Below are positions 10,689 through 23,797 of a stretch of 64,000 bases of DNA, in pieces. The notes beneath the pieces are model-generated. The model searched no databases. It was not told where the DNA came from and worked only from the letters and a program-made list of their open reading frames with translations. Position 1 is the first letter of the stretch, and the number at the start of each line of letters is the position of its first letter. Source of the DNA: Candidatus Bathyarchaeota archaeon. GTDB lineage: Archaea > Thermoproteota > Bathyarchaeia > Bathyarchaeales > Bathycorpusculaceae. The position numbers and the translations under genes were made by a program. Location of the stretch: the NCBI GenBank assembly GCA_963806535.1, contig CAWDYC010000011.1, forward strand, positions 128,001 through 192,000. Reading direction: 5' to 3'.

Positions 10689-13600
10689 ATGAAATTGACT
10701 GCCACCGAAGAAGCCGACTCAAACATAGGTTTACCAACTAATTATACTCCACTTGCATTAGAAAAAGAAATGCGGGAATTCTGGGCTAAAAACCAGATTA
10801 GAGAAAAACTCGAGCTTTTAGAAAAAAACGCTAAAGGATATTTAGGCTACGTTGAAGGACCACCCACGCTAAATGGTATTCCACACATCGGTCATGCACG
10901 AGGTCGCATAATGAAAGACATTCGTTACCGATGGAAAACCATGGAAGGCTATTACATGCCATTTTGGGCTGGATGGGACTGCCAAGGCTTACCCGTAGAG
11001 TTAGAAGTTGAGAAGCTTTTGGGAGTGCGTAACAAGCGGGAATCCATCGAAAAGTATGGAATGGAACGTTTCATCGAAGAATGCAAGAAAGCCATATTGC
11101 GTTACCATCAGATGTGGCTCGAAGCCGATGGGAACTTGGGAGTTTTCATTAATCAAGAGAAAGCTTATTGGACGTACAAGGACAGCTATATCGAGCGGGA
11201 ATGGCAAATCCTCAAACGGGCATGGGATCAAAGTCTTCTCGAAGAAGGACACTATGTTGTAGCCTATTGCCCAGGATGCCAAACATCACTCAGCAGCGCT
11301 GAAGTCGGCTACGAAGGTAGCTACAAAGAGGTGGAAGACCCGTCTGTCTATTTTAAATTCAAGGTTTCAGGAAGCAAAAACGAGTTTTTCCTCGTTTGGA
11401 CAACAATGCCATTCACCATAATAACTGACACAATGCTCGCTGTCAAGCCAGATGCCGAATATGTGAAAGTGAAAGTCGGCGATGAAATATGGATCATGAT
11501 GAAGCAGCGCGCCGACCCTGTTATGCAAGAACTTGATATAATAAAATATCAAGTTACCGAAACTATGCTGGGCAAAACCCTAGAGGGAACAGCATACGAT
11601 TACCCGCTAAAGGATTTGATTCCGAAACAAGCAGAACTTGAAACCAAACATCCCTTGGTGCATAAAGTCGTCGGAGAAGACTTCGTTGACGTTGAAACTG
11701 CCACTGGAGTGGTGCATCTTTCGCCTGGAAACGGAGAAGACGATTTTTGGGCAGCGCAACGAAGAGGAGTCCCCATATTTGCTCCATTCGATGATGAGGT
11801 AAAATTTACCAAAGATGCAGGAATATTTGTAGGCGTTTTTGCCCGAGAAGCAGACATGTTAGTTGTTGAGGAACTGCGCAACCACAATGCCTTTGTAAAA
11901 GTAACAAAAATCAAACATGAATATCCAACATGCTGGCGTTCCCATCACAAACTTGTTTGGCTCGCAAGAAAAGAATATTTCTTGCGCACCGACAAATTAA
12001 ACAGCAAAGTTTTGGAGGCAGCTGAAAAAGTTGAGTACTTCTTTGAAGAACCCAAAAACCGTTTCCTTGCCTTTCTTAAAGAAGGAAAACCATGGTGCGT
12101 AAGCAGAGAACGGATCTGGGGTACACCGCTCCCGATTTGGGCATGCGAAAAATGCGGCAATAAACGTATTGTAGGAAGCAAAAAAGAACTTCTCGAAAAT
12201 GCTCAGGAACAGATTCCAGAAAACTTTGAGTTACATAAGCCTTGGGTTGACCGAATTACTTTCAAATGTGACAAATGCAGCGGTTCAATGAAACGAGAGG
12301 ACTTTGTTCTGGACACCTGGCATAATAGTGGCGCTTCACCCTACGCAAGATTTACTGACGAAGAAGTTGAGAAGTTTGTGCCAACATCCTTCTTAACCGA
12401 GGGCATTGACCAAACCAGAGGCTGGGCAAACTCGTTACTGCTTGAACACGTAATTTTGACAGGCAAACCAGAGGCACCCTATAAAGCATTTCTGTTTCAA
12501 GGCTTAACACAAGACGCTAAAGGCAGAAAAATGAGCAAAAGCTTAGGAAACGTAGTTGAAACCAACAAACTGCTTGAAAAGAATTCAGCTGACCTCTGCC
12601 GTTTCTATATGATGCGAAAGTGCTCGTCGATCGACTTCATGAATTTTGACATGCAAGAACTCAACCGCCGCCCATACCAAGTCCTGTCAACACTTTATCA
12701 TTTAAGCAGGTTCTTTATGCAAAACGCATCATTCGACGAGTTTGACGCTAAAAAGTACACTTTAGATTGGGCTTTAAAATCAAATAAGCTTCAAGAAGCT
12801 GACTTCTGGCTTCTCTCCAAATTACAAGAAAAAATCGAGCAATATACAGGTGATTTGGAACGATGCGAATTCAATGCTGCAGTATCCGTTTTAGATGACT
12901 TCGTAATTGAAACCTTAAGCAGGCTGTACGTGCCTATGATTCGGAAGGAACTTTGGACTGATGAACCTGAGACTTTTGAAAGACGACAAACAATCTACGC
13001 ACTCCTGCATCACACATTAAAGACGGTTACATTGCTCTTTAATCCAGTCACGCCTTACCTTAGCGAGGCACTTTACCAGAAAATTTACAGACAACTGGAA
13101 CCTACGCTGCCCGAATCAGTTAATCTTGCCTCTTGGCCAACGCCAAAAAAGGAAATCCGCAACAAAAAACTTGAGGAACAATTTGACATTCTACTTAAAA
13201 CAGTTTCAATAGCCTACGCAGCAAGACAAACAGGGAAACTGAAACGCCGATGGCCTCTCAGCAAAGCAATCGTAGTTGCGCCACAAAAAACATTAGATGC
13301 TATAAAATGTCTTGAGGCGTTGTTTTTGGAACAAGTAAATGTGAAAGCTGCAGAATATGCCGCTAAGGTTCCTGAGTACGTTGGAGGCGAAAACTGGGTT
13401 TCAAGCGCAGAAGACGACATATCTGTATTTGTAAGCGGGCAACGCGATGACACATTGCTGGGAGAAGGCATCATGCGCGATTTAGCACGCCGTGTCCAAG
13501 CGCTCCGCAAAGAAATGGGGTTCACGCCGACTGACGTTTTAGAATCCGTTCATATTGCTGAGTTAGACGCAGAAAGCATGACGCTTTTGGAGCCATATTT

Positions 13601-13727
13601 AAAGGAGATGGCTGGACTAGTGAGGACTAGAAAAGTGTATATGCATGGCAACCGCAGCGAAGAACACGACGCAGAATGGCACGAATCCGAATTGGATGGC
13701 AAAAAAATATTCATAAACATCCACTAG
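10689..13727 (+). CDS. ileS: Isoleucine--tRNA ligase (archaeal/eukaryal type)
   Basis: GPP...HIGH, GWDCQGLP, WTTMP, TGVVH, WCVSRERIWGTP, EGIDQTRGW, KMSKS. Confidence 0.96.
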   Translation: MKLTATEEADSNIGLPTNYTPLALEKEMREFWAKNQIREKLELLEKNAKGYLGYVEGPPTLNGIPHIGHARGRIMKDIRYRWKTMEGYYMPFWAGWDCQGLPVELEVEKLLGVRNKRESIEKYGMERFIEECKKAILRYHQMWLEADGNLGVFINQEKAYWTYKDSYIEREWQILKRAWDQSLLEEGHYVVAYCPGCQTSLSSAEVGYEGSYKEVEDPSVYFKFKVSGSKNEFFLVWTTMPFTIITDTMLAVKPDAEYVKVKVGDEIWIMMKQRADPVMQELDIIKYQVTETMLGKTLEGTAYDYPLKDLIPKQAELETKHPLVHKVVGEDFVDVETATGVVHLSPGNGEDDFWAAQRRGVPIFAPFDDEVKFTKDAGIFVGVFAREADMLVVEELRNHNAFVKVTKIKHEYPTCWRSHHKLVWLARKEYFLRTDKLNSKVLEAAEKVEYFFEEPKNRFLAFLKEGKPWCVSRERIWGTPLPIWACEKCGNKRIVGSKKELLENAQEQIPENFELHKPWVDRITFKCDKCSGSMKREDFVLDTWHNSGASPYARFTDEEVEKFVPTSFLTEGIDQTRGWANSLLLEHVILTGKPEAPYKAFLFQGLTQDAKGRKMSKSLGNVVETNKLLEKNSADLCRFYMMRKCSSIDFMNFDMQELNRRPYQVLSTLYHLSRFFMQNASFDEFDAKKYTLDWALKSNKLQEADFWLLSKLQEKIEQYTGDLERCEFNAAVSVLDDFVIETLSRLYVPMIRKELWTDEPETFERRQTIYALLHHTLKTVTLLFNPVTPYLSEALYQKIYRQLEPTLPESVNLASWPTPKKEIRNKKLEEQFDILLKTVSIAYAARQTGKLKRRWPLSKAIVVAPQKTLDAIKCLEALFLEQVNVKAAEYAAKVPEYVGGENWVSSAEDDISVFVSGQRDDTLLGEGIMRDLARRVQALRKEMGFTPTDVLESVHIAELDAESMTLLEPYLKEMAGLVRTRKVYMHGNRSEEHDAEWHESELDGKKIFINIH

Positions 13728-13821
13728 TATGACTTTTTTTCATGTCTTTCTTTTTAATTGATTGAAGCCAACTCTCCGGCTTTCACTTAACAACTTCATT
13801 ATTAAACAAAAATAAGAGAGA

Positions 13822-14499
13822 TTAAACTCTGACACGAACATTTTCTGTATATTTGTTTATTATTTGTGCAAATTCGCCGATAATCTCAGGTCCATAAGGC
13901 TTGAGCGTTTGAAATTTCTTGTCTAATGTATCCTCTGCAATGTATTGCTGTAGTGCATGAATTTTTGAGCCTTTCACCATTTCGCCGATGCATGTGGCGT
14001 CTTGCGCTGTGACTATTTGTGGCACTACGGTTGTCCTGAATTCGTAAGGCACCTTACCTGTCTTCAAAATTTCGATTGTTTGCATGAGTCCAGCTGTGTC
14101 TTTTGCGCCTAGCAGATTGTATTTTTCTCTGCAGGTTTTCACATCCATAGCTACATAATCAACGCTGCCTAAACATTCCTCAAGAACTTCTGGGAAAAAG
14201 CCGTTTGTGTCCAGTTTAACCATGAAGCCTCGTTCCTTAAGTTTAGCTAAAAATTTAGGCAATTCCTTATGCATGCAAGGTTCGCCGCCTGTTATAACTA
14301 CTGCATCAATGTATTTTTTGCGGCTTTCCAAAATTTCTAAGGCAGCGCCTTCCTGCAAAAAAGGTGGTTGAGGGTTTACAGCAATACGCCAATTGTGGCA
14401 GAAGGGACAACGTAAGTTACAGCCTGGCGTAAATAGGACACTGGCTACTTTATCTGGATAGTCAAGCAAGCTTGTTTTTTGTAATCCGCTAAATTTCAT
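13822..14499 (-). CDS. nrdG: Anaerobic ribonucleotide reductase activase (radical SAM)
   Basis: GCNLRCPFCHN, TGGEP, KLDTNG; adjacent to nrdD. Confidence 0.93.
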   Translation of the reverse strand: MKFSGLQKTSLLDYPDKVASVLFTPGCNLRCPFCHNWRIAVNPQPPFLQEGAALEILESRKKYIDAVVITGGEPCMHKELPKFLAKLKERGFMVKLDTNGFFPEVLEECLGSVDYVAMDVKTCREKYNLLGAKDTAGLMQTIEILKTGKVPYEFRTTVVPQIVTAQDATCIGEMVKGSKIHALQQYIAEDTLDKKFQTLKPYGPEIIGEFAQIINKYTENVRVRV

Positions 14500-14514
14500 G
14501 TCAGGTTTTTCCTC

Positions 14515-16641
14515 TCAAGTTGTTAAGGGTGATGTGATGATCATAGTAGATCGATCGAAGGTTTTGCGCATAGCAAATTCTGCTTGTTTTCCATCATTCC
14601 ATTGGTCCACTGGTCTTAAGTAGCCCACTACTCTTGAGTAAATTTCGCAGTTTGCTCCGCAGGAAGGACAAGTCTTGTGTTCTCCAGTTGTATAGCCATG
14701 AGTTGGACAAATGCTAAATGTTGGCGTCAGAGTGAAGTAAGGCAACTTTGAGTTCCATGATACTTTTTTAATTAATTCGGCAGCCGCTTTCCAGGAGCTT
14801 AACCGTTCCCCTAAGAAAATGTGGAAAACTGTTCCTCCAGTGTATTGTGTTTGCATTGTTTCCTGATGCTCTAAGGCGTCAAATAAGTCACCGTTGAAGT
14901 CAACTGGTAACTGGGATGAGTTGGTGTAGAAAGGTTCAGCGTGGTCGGCTACAACTTGTTTTTGGTTAGCGAATATTATGTCTTTGTAGCGTTTCTTGTC
15001 TATTCGAGCAAGTCGATAAGAAGTTCCCTCGGCGGGAGTTGCTTCAAGATTATATATGCTGTCAGTTTGTTCTTGATAATCTGCGAGACGGTTTCGCATG
15101 AAAGTTAACATTTTAACTGCGAATGCTTGTCCGTCGCGTGATGCTATGTTTTGTCCTAGCAAGTTTATGATTGCTTCGTTTACTCCTACTATGCCTATGG
15201 TGGAGAAGTGGTTCTTCCAGTATTTGCCGTAGCCTTCTTTCACATGTCGTAGGTAACGCCGTGAATACGGGTATAAACCGTTATCTGTGAATGCTTCAAG
15301 CACTTTACGTTTTATTTCCAAACTGGATTTTGCAGTTTCCATCAGTATATCTAATCGCTCAAAGAATTCGTCTTCATCTTTAGATAAGTAGCCAATGCGT
15401 GGAATGTTTAATGTTACAACGCCTATGCTGCCTGTTAACGGGTTAGCTCCGAAGAATCCGCCTCCTCGCTTGCGGAGTTCGCGGTTGTCTATTCTTAGGC
15501 GGCAGCACATGCTGCGTACATCTTCAGGTTTCATATCGCTGTTAACAAAGTTCGAGAAATAAGGCACACCATACTTTGCAGTAACTTCAAAGATAGCTTG
15601 TGATACAGGTGAATCCCAATCGAAATCTTTGGTGATGTTGTAGGTTGGAATTGGGAATGTGAACACTCTTCCCTTTGAATCGCCTTGTCGCATGACCTCT
15701 GCGAAGGCTAAGTTGAACATTTCCATTTCTTTGGTCATGTCGCCGTAGATGTCTTGTGTTACTTTTCCATTGAAGAGAACTGCTTCGTTTTTCATGAAGT
15801 CTGGGACGACCAAATCAAGAGTCAAGTTTGTGAACGGCGTTTGGAAACCTACACGGGTCGGTACGTTCATGTTGAAGAAGAATTCTTGAAGTGCTTGCAA
15901 TACTTCTTGCTGATTAAGATGGTCATATTTTATGAATGGGGCAAGATAGGTGTCAAAGTTACTGAATGCTTGCGCTCCTGCTGCTTCACCCTGTAATGTA
16001 TAGAAGAAGTTTACGACTTGACCTAGTGCCGTTCGGAAGTGTTTAGCTGGTTTGCTCTCTATTTTTCCTGAAACGCCTCCGAAGCCTGCAAGTAATAGTT
16101 CACTTATGTCCCAACCGACACAATAAGCACCTAAAACTCCTAGATCATGAATGTGGAGATCACCTGAAAAGTGGGCGTCAGCAATATTTTGGGGATAGAT
16201 TCTTGATATCCAATATTTTGCTATCACGGTTGAGGATAGGTAATTGTTCAATCCCTGTAGAGAGTAGCTCATGTTGCTGTTTTCTTTAACGCGCCAATCC
16301 TCAACTTCAAGATATTGATCTACCATGTCTGATGAGCTTAGCAAAGCGGCTAATTCACGCATGTCGGTATGCTGCTTTCTATAGAGAATGTACGCTTTCG
16401 CAGTCTGTGCATGTCCATTTTCAATTAAGCGTTTTTCAACGACATCTTGAACTTCCTCAACAGTGGGGACTCCATCGTCACCGTAAGTTTTTTGCAGTTC
16501 AGCAACTACTTCATCACTTACGCGTTTGGCTTGATCTTTATTTGTTCCACCTACTGCTTTTGCCGCTTTCCAAATGGCGGTTGTTATACGTTCTTGATCG
16601 AAGGGTTCTAATTTACTATCACGTTTTAATACAAACCTCAT
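14515..16641 (-). CDS. nrdD: Class III ribonucleoside-triphosphate reductase with ATP cone
   Basis: N-terminal ATP cone, HIHDL, SMCCRL, EATPAE, Zn site CPTH...CPSC, glycyl radical loop SRVVGY. Confidence 0.96.
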   Translation of the reverse strand: MRFVLKRDSKLEPFDQERITTAIWKAAKAVGGTNKDQAKRVSDEVVAELQKTYGDDGVPTVEEVQDVVEKRLIENGHAQTAKAYILYRKQHTDMRELAALLSSSDMVDQYLEVEDWRVKENSNMSYSLQGLNNYLSSTVIAKYWISRIYPQNIADAHFSGDLHIHDLGVLGAYCVGWDISELLLAGFGGVSGKIESKPAKHFRTALGQVVNFFYTLQGEAAGAQAFSNFDTYLAPFIKYDHLNQQEVLQALQEFFFNMNVPTRVGFQTPFTNLTLDLVVPDFMKNEAVLFNGKVTQDIYGDMTKEMEMFNLAFAEVMRQGDSKGRVFTFPIPTYNITKDFDWDSPVSQAIFEVTAKYGVPYFSNFVNSDMKPEDVRSMCCRLRIDNRELRKRGGGFFGANPLTGSIGVVTLNIPRIGYLSKDEDEFFERLDILMETAKSSLEIKRKVLEAFTDNGLYPYSRRYLRHVKEGYGKYWKNHFSTIGIVGVNEAIINLLGQNIASRDGQAFAVKMLTFMRNRLADYQEQTDSIYNLEATPAEGTSYRLARIDKKRYKDIIFANQKQVVADHAEPFYTNSSQLPVDFNGDLFDALEHQETMQTQYTGGTVFHIFLGERLSSWKAAAELIKKVSWNSKLPYFTLTPTFSICPTHGYTTGEHKTCPSCGANCEIYSRVVGYLRPVDQWNDGKQAEFAMRKTFDRSTMIITSPLTT

Positions 16642-17084
16642 TTTTTCACCTCAAGGAGTACTCGCCTGAAATCTTCAGGCTCTTCAAACTGCTTGTAAAC
16701 TGAAGCAAAGCGAATGTAGGCAATGCGATCCAAATTTTTCAGATGCTTCATAATTAGATCCCCGATTTCTTGGGACGCAACTTCTTCAGTATCTTTTAGC
16801 ATCAGATCTTGCCTTACTTTACCTGCTAACTCGTTGATTTGGCTCATTGTTACAGGTCTTTTTTCGCATGCTTTCTGTAAACCTCGTATTATTTTGTTAA
16901 CGTCAAAGCGTTCAAGTTCGCCGTCTTTTTTTCGGACCATAAGCTCTACTGTTTCCAGATATTCGTAGGTTGTGTAACGTTTTCCGCAGTTAATGCACTC
17001 TCTACGTCTACGTGTAGTGTTCTCTGGAGAATCGCGTGTTTCCAATGTTTTAGAGTTTTCCGAATTGCAGTATGGGCATCTCAT
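16638..17084 (-). CDS. nrdR: Transcriptional repressor NrdR
   Basis: MRCPYC...RRRRECINCGKRYTTYE zinc ribbon, ATP cone, AYIRFASVY. Confidence 0.96.
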   Translation of the reverse strand: MRCPYCNSENSKTLETRDSPENTTRRRRECINCGKRYTTYEYLETVELMVRKKDGELERFDVNKIIRGLQKACEKRPVTMSQINELAGKVRQDLMLKDTEEVASQEIGDLIMKHLKNLDRIAYIRFASVYKQFEEPEDFRRVLLEVKK

Positions 17085-17105
17085 AGGTTAACATTCTCAT
17101 GCTTT

Positions 17106-17162
17106 ATTGTATATGTAGTGTTATACAACCTTACTCACACACTACAGTTAGCGCATATATAA
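17106..17162 (-). promoter_or_regulatory. Tandem NrdR-box-like operators plus TATA box of the nrdRDG operon
   Basis: ATTGTATATGTAGTGT (17106-17121, 12/16) and ACACTACAGTTAGCGC (17139-17154, 11/16) versus the ideal palindrome ACACTATATATAGTGT. TTATATAT on the minus strand at 17155-17162. Confidence 0.65.
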
Positions 17163-17384
17163 GGTATTTTAACATTAAACTTGAAATATTACGTATTAAG
17201 ATAAAGATCGCTCCATCAAAAATAAACAAAAAACACAAAATAAAAAAGTGAGAAACAGTCCTTTTTGCGCAAAAAACCGCCTTTTCTCGAAGATAATGGT
17301 TTGATTAAAGCTTGCGAAAGAAATATAATAAAAACAGAGCTCTACTTAGTTACATTTATCTTGATAAACACGAAAAGGTATGTT

Positions 17385-17774
17385 ATGGACCCAGAAATGA
17401 AGGCGAAAATTGTAAAAGATGGCTCCTTAGAAGAGTATTTAACTCCTGAACAATGCTTTGTAGTTGAGAACTACAGCGATGGACTAGTTTCAATTGCAAG
17501 AGCCCGGGTTAAACCTGGAGTTACAACCATTGCCCATCACCTCAACGGTGCAACTGAAATTTACCTTATTGCTTGTGGAAAAGGCATAGTAACTGTTGGC
17601 AGTCTCCAACCAACAGAAGTTGCTGCTGGAGATGTCGTAGTTATTCCAGCCGGTGTCTCCCAAAAAATAACGAACATTGGAAAAACCGATTTAGTTTTCC
17701 ACTGCATATACACCCCAAGATTCACCCAAGAATGTTACTTTAGTGAAGAAGAAACAAAAACAAAGCCGAAGTAA
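17385..17774 (+). CDS. Cupin domain protein
   Basis: PGVTTIAHHL...EIYLI...GDVVVIPAG. Confidence 0.85.
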   Translation: MDPEMKAKIVKDGSLEEYLTPEQCFVVENYSDGLVSIARARVKPGVTTIAHHLNGATEIYLIACGKGIVTVGSLQPTEVAAGDVVVIPAGVSQKITNIGKTDLVFHCIYTPRFTQECYFSEEETKTKPK

Positions 17775-17899
17775 TTTTTGTGGATATATATCGATTATTG
17801 TAGTAGCGCTTTATTAGTATATTTTTACTCTTTAAGGAATTGAGAAGGAAAACAAGGAGAAAGGAAGGCTTTTTACGCCTCTTTATGAGGCAGTTTTTT

Positions 17900-20780
<2,881 letters not shown>

Positions 20781-20816
20781 TTTTCTTCACGTTAAATAAT
20801 TTTTTTGATCGACGGC

Positions 20817-20954
20817 TTAGCCGCCGCCGGCTGCTTTATCTATGCCTATACAGCAAGTGCATTTTGCTGTTTCTCCGCAATATGGGCATACGCAATTACA
20901 ATTGTCAATGAAATTTCCGCAATTTATGCAACGAGGCAAATCTTTTCTGCTCAT
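20817..20954 (-). CDS. Small cysteine-rich protein (45 aa, 9 Cys, C-terminal GGG)
   Basis: Hand-translated as MSRKDLPRCINCGNFIDNCNCVCPYCGETAKCTCCIGIDKAAGGG. GAGG upstream, co-oriented with neighbours, below the ORF track cutoff. Confidence 0.75.
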   Translation of the reverse strand: MSRKDLPRCINCGNFIDNCNCVCPYCGETAKCTCCIGIDKAAGGG

Positions 20955-21057
20955 TTCTTCGCCTCTGCCATATCTAGTGTTGCATTGTGTTCGGAATTAA
21001 GTTTTCGGAAATACTTCTAACTTAAAGCTTAACAAAAAAAAGAAAGAATAGTTGATT

Positions 21058-22038
21058 CTATCGTACAAAGTCGTCAAATGTCCAGAAGTGATCTTCTTCT
21101 TGAATTATTATGTCTTCGAACATGCGTCTTGTTTTGGTGTCACTGCGTTTGAGTGCTTCAGCGATGATTTGACGGTAAAGTGATATCGCGCTACTTTCTA
21201 ATGCATGATCCAACTTCAGAAAATCCTGTGCTGTGTCACCGACTACTGGGAGTGGATCTGGTTTGTATGTGGCTTCGCCTTCGAGTAGATAAATGCGTTC
21301 ACTGATTTTTTCAAGGTGATCCATTTCCTGCATGAAAACTTCTTTCAGAATCTTGCTTACTACACCGGCCTTGTTAGTTTCAGTGATAGCTTCTAACGGT
21401 GTGTTCTTCATTCGGAGTTCAAGAAAAGCCATTTTTTCGTGTTGATTAGTATATTGAATAATGCCGGTGATTTCTGCTGATACAGCTTTGTTTAGCAGGG
21501 TAAAGTAATCGTCTGTGTATATTTTTCTCCATTCGGGCAATGGGACTTTGCTTGGTCCTTCTTTCTCGTCTTGGAATTTTGAATATTCTTGGAATTTGAA
21601 TAAGTGTCCTTCTTCTTCGCCGTAGATTTTCTCGAAAACTTCACGTGTTTCCCAATCGCCAATTTTTCCAGCTGTTTCGATAATTTGGCGATAAAGTGTT
21701 AGGGCTTCTTCTTCAGCTTTTACGCCTAGTTTAGCAAATTCGCTTATACTGTCGCCAACGTTAACTTTGCTTGACTTAGTAGTTGCTAGTCCGCCCAGGT
21801 AATAAATGCGCTCCATAATAGTTGCTGCATGTTTCATTTCTTGAATAGCGATTTCACGTAAGAACTTTCCAACTGCGTCGTATGTTGTTTTGTCTAACAG
21901 GATGTTTTCTGGAATAGTTCTGCGTACAAGTTTCTCCATTTTTGCGTGTTGAAGAATATATTGCAGTGAAACGCCAATTTCACGTTCAACTGCTTTGTTT
22001 AGTAAATCCACATAATCGGGGGTTGTTTTAACTGCCAT
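21058..22038 (-). CDS. Tandem ferritin/bacterioferritin-like protein
   Basis: Two repeats of E...QY..QH / QEMxH..ERIY / E...Y / EExH. Confidence 0.88.
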   Translation of the reverse strand: MAVKTTPDYVDLLNKAVEREIGVSLQYILQHAKMEKLVRRTIPENILLDKTTYDAVGKFLREIAIQEMKHAATIMERIYYLGGLATTKSSKVNVGDSISEFAKLGVKAEEEALTLYRQIIETAGKIGDWETREVFEKIYGEEEGHLFKFQEYSKFQDEKEGPSKVPLPEWRKIYTDDYFTLLNKAVSAEITGIIQYTNQHEKMAFLELRMKNTPLEAITETNKAGVVSKILKEVFMQEMDHLEKISERIYLLEGEATYKPDPLPVVGDTAQDFLKLDHALESSAISLYRQIIAEALKRSDTKTRRMFEDIIIQEEDHFWTFDDFVR

Positions 22039-22164
22039 AGAATCACAACTTCTACCAAAGAGGAGCAATCTCTTAGATATAAGATTTTTTGTGATTAACA
22101 AAATTAAGGGAAAAATTTAGGTTTAAAAAGCAAAAAGCAGACGATTGCTTGCTGACTTATTGCT

Positions 22165-22938
22165 TCATTGCAGTTGTTTACCGCAGTTTTTGCAGTATGC
22201 GGCGTCAATATTGTTTGATGTTCCACAGTATGGGCAGTATTTGTTTTGCATTGTGGTTGGAGGCGCTGCTGGGACAGTGTAGTAAGTAGAAGAACTTTCA
22301 GGTGATTTGGCCTTAAGCGAGTTAAATCCAGACAATGCAAAAATCCAGCCGACCCAAGAAACAACTGGTATTATCACACCAATCAAAATTAGTAAGCCAG
22401 CAGTGTCAAAACTGTGAACACCAGATTTCTCTCCAAGCTTGTCGAATGCACGTTTGCAAAAGAAAGTACCCAATACTACAACAACAAAAAATATGCCAAA
22501 TACACCTAAAAATCCAAAGAGGAGCAAACCTGTTTGTGGCGTAGTTGTGGTTGCTCTGGAATTTGCTGCTGCCGATATTAGGGAGGCAATCAATACTGCT
22601 GCATAAGTAGCTACTCCTGCAGCGATTACGATTAAGGCATATACAATATTTTTGAAAATACCTGGTTCATTATAGTAATGGCTTAACTGGTACATAGATA
22701 CAATAAACATGATTAATCCAAGCAAACTTGCCAGTCCGATCGCTACTAGTGTAACCCAAATTACTCCGATGGAAAGAATAGGGGTTCCAACGGTTGTTGC
22801 TCCATTTGAAATAGTCCTGGAAAAAGCGGAGATTAATGAAAAAAACAAAAACCCATCTAGAACCACCGCAACAACTGGGGCTATAACAAATATTAAGCTG
22901 GATAACAAACCAAGTTTTCTGCCCGATTCAAACGACAT
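22165..22938 (-). CDS. DUF996-like membrane protein with C-terminal zinc ribbon
   Basis: Multiple TM segments, LSHYYNEPGIF, LGEKSGV..FDTAG, CPYCG...CKNCG. Confidence 0.75.
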   Translation of the reverse strand: MSFESGRKLGLLSSLIFVIAPVVAVVLDGFLFFSLISAFSRTISNGATTVGTPILSIGVIWVTLVAIGLASLLGLIMFIVSMYQLSHYYNEPGIFKNIVYALIVIAAGVATYAAVLIASLISAAANSRATTTTPQTGLLLFGFLGVFGIFFVVVVLGTFFCKRAFDKLGEKSGVHSFDTAGLLILIGVIIPVVSWVGWIFALSGFNSLKAKSPESSSTYYTVPAAPPTTMQNKYCPYCGTSNNIDAAYCKNCGKQLQ

Positions 22939-23011
22939 TTTGAACCTCAGATGTTATTCTAGCGAGTTAAGGATAAGCTTTTTGCAAGTAATGATTATTG
23001 ATATTTGAGCC

Positions 23012-23797
23012 TTAATTAATTGGTGATGAGGGTTTTTCAGTGTTTATTCTTACGCGTTTAGTTGCATACCAAGCTACCAATACGGAGACCACAGACAACG
23101 TAAAAACTATCGCTTCAAAAACTATTATGTCGTTTGGTAAGGTGAACGGAACTAGAAAATCAACAAACCCCATAGGTAATGCAATCAGAAACAGTCTTTT
23201 CTTATGGTAAACTACAGCCATGACACAGAGATATCCCCATGCAAAATGAAATAGAATCGAAGAAATTCGCTCAATTGTCCCTATGGCAACTGACCTTAAT
23301 GCTTGAGACGCAGGCTCAAAAAGGCTAGGCGCATTAGTGTATAACTGGTTATAGAGCGTCTGAGCAAGCGGGGTATTTGTCTGAAGGATGCTCCAGTAGG
23401 CAATTAGGTTAATGAGGGAGAGAACTCCTAACAAGCCAGCGTTTTCCCAAAAAGCCAGTCCTGAACCGTAAGCTTCCGCATCTTTTCTTCCAATTTTGCC
23501 ACGCGAAAAGGAGTACCAAGCAACTACAAATGCTAAGCCTACTTCGAAAAATACTGTTTGAAGGCCATAATAGACGCCCAATTCGATGCTGTGGGATCCA
23601 AAATTGTCGATGACTAAGTTTATTGTTGGGATTTGTACGGCATATTTTAGAGCGATTGCTGCAGCGTAAGCCACGAGTGAATATATAAGAACCATTAGGT
23701 GAAAGCGTCGCTTAAAGTACCAATAAATCAATAGCGCTGAGGAGAGAATAATTACGATAACAGGTTGCAGAATAAAGATGAGGTCGATATTTTGCAT
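23012..23797 (-). CDS. YhfC/PrsW-like intramembrane metalloprotease
   Basis: FFEVG, YGSGLAFWE, ERISSILFH and multiple TM segments. Confidence 0.65.
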   Translation of the reverse strand: MQNIDLIFILQPVIVIILSSALLIYWYFKRRFHLMVLIYSLVAYAAAIALKYAVQIPTINLVIDNFGSHSIELGVYYGLQTVFFEVGLAFVVAWYSFSRGKIGRKDAEAYGSGLAFWENAGLLGVLSLINLIAYWSILQTNTPLAQTLYNQLYTNAPSLFEPASQALRSVAIGTIERISSILFHFAWGYLCVMAVVYHKKRLFLIALPMGFVDFLVPFTLPNDIIVFEAIVFTLSVVSVLVAWYATKRVRINTEKPSSPIN

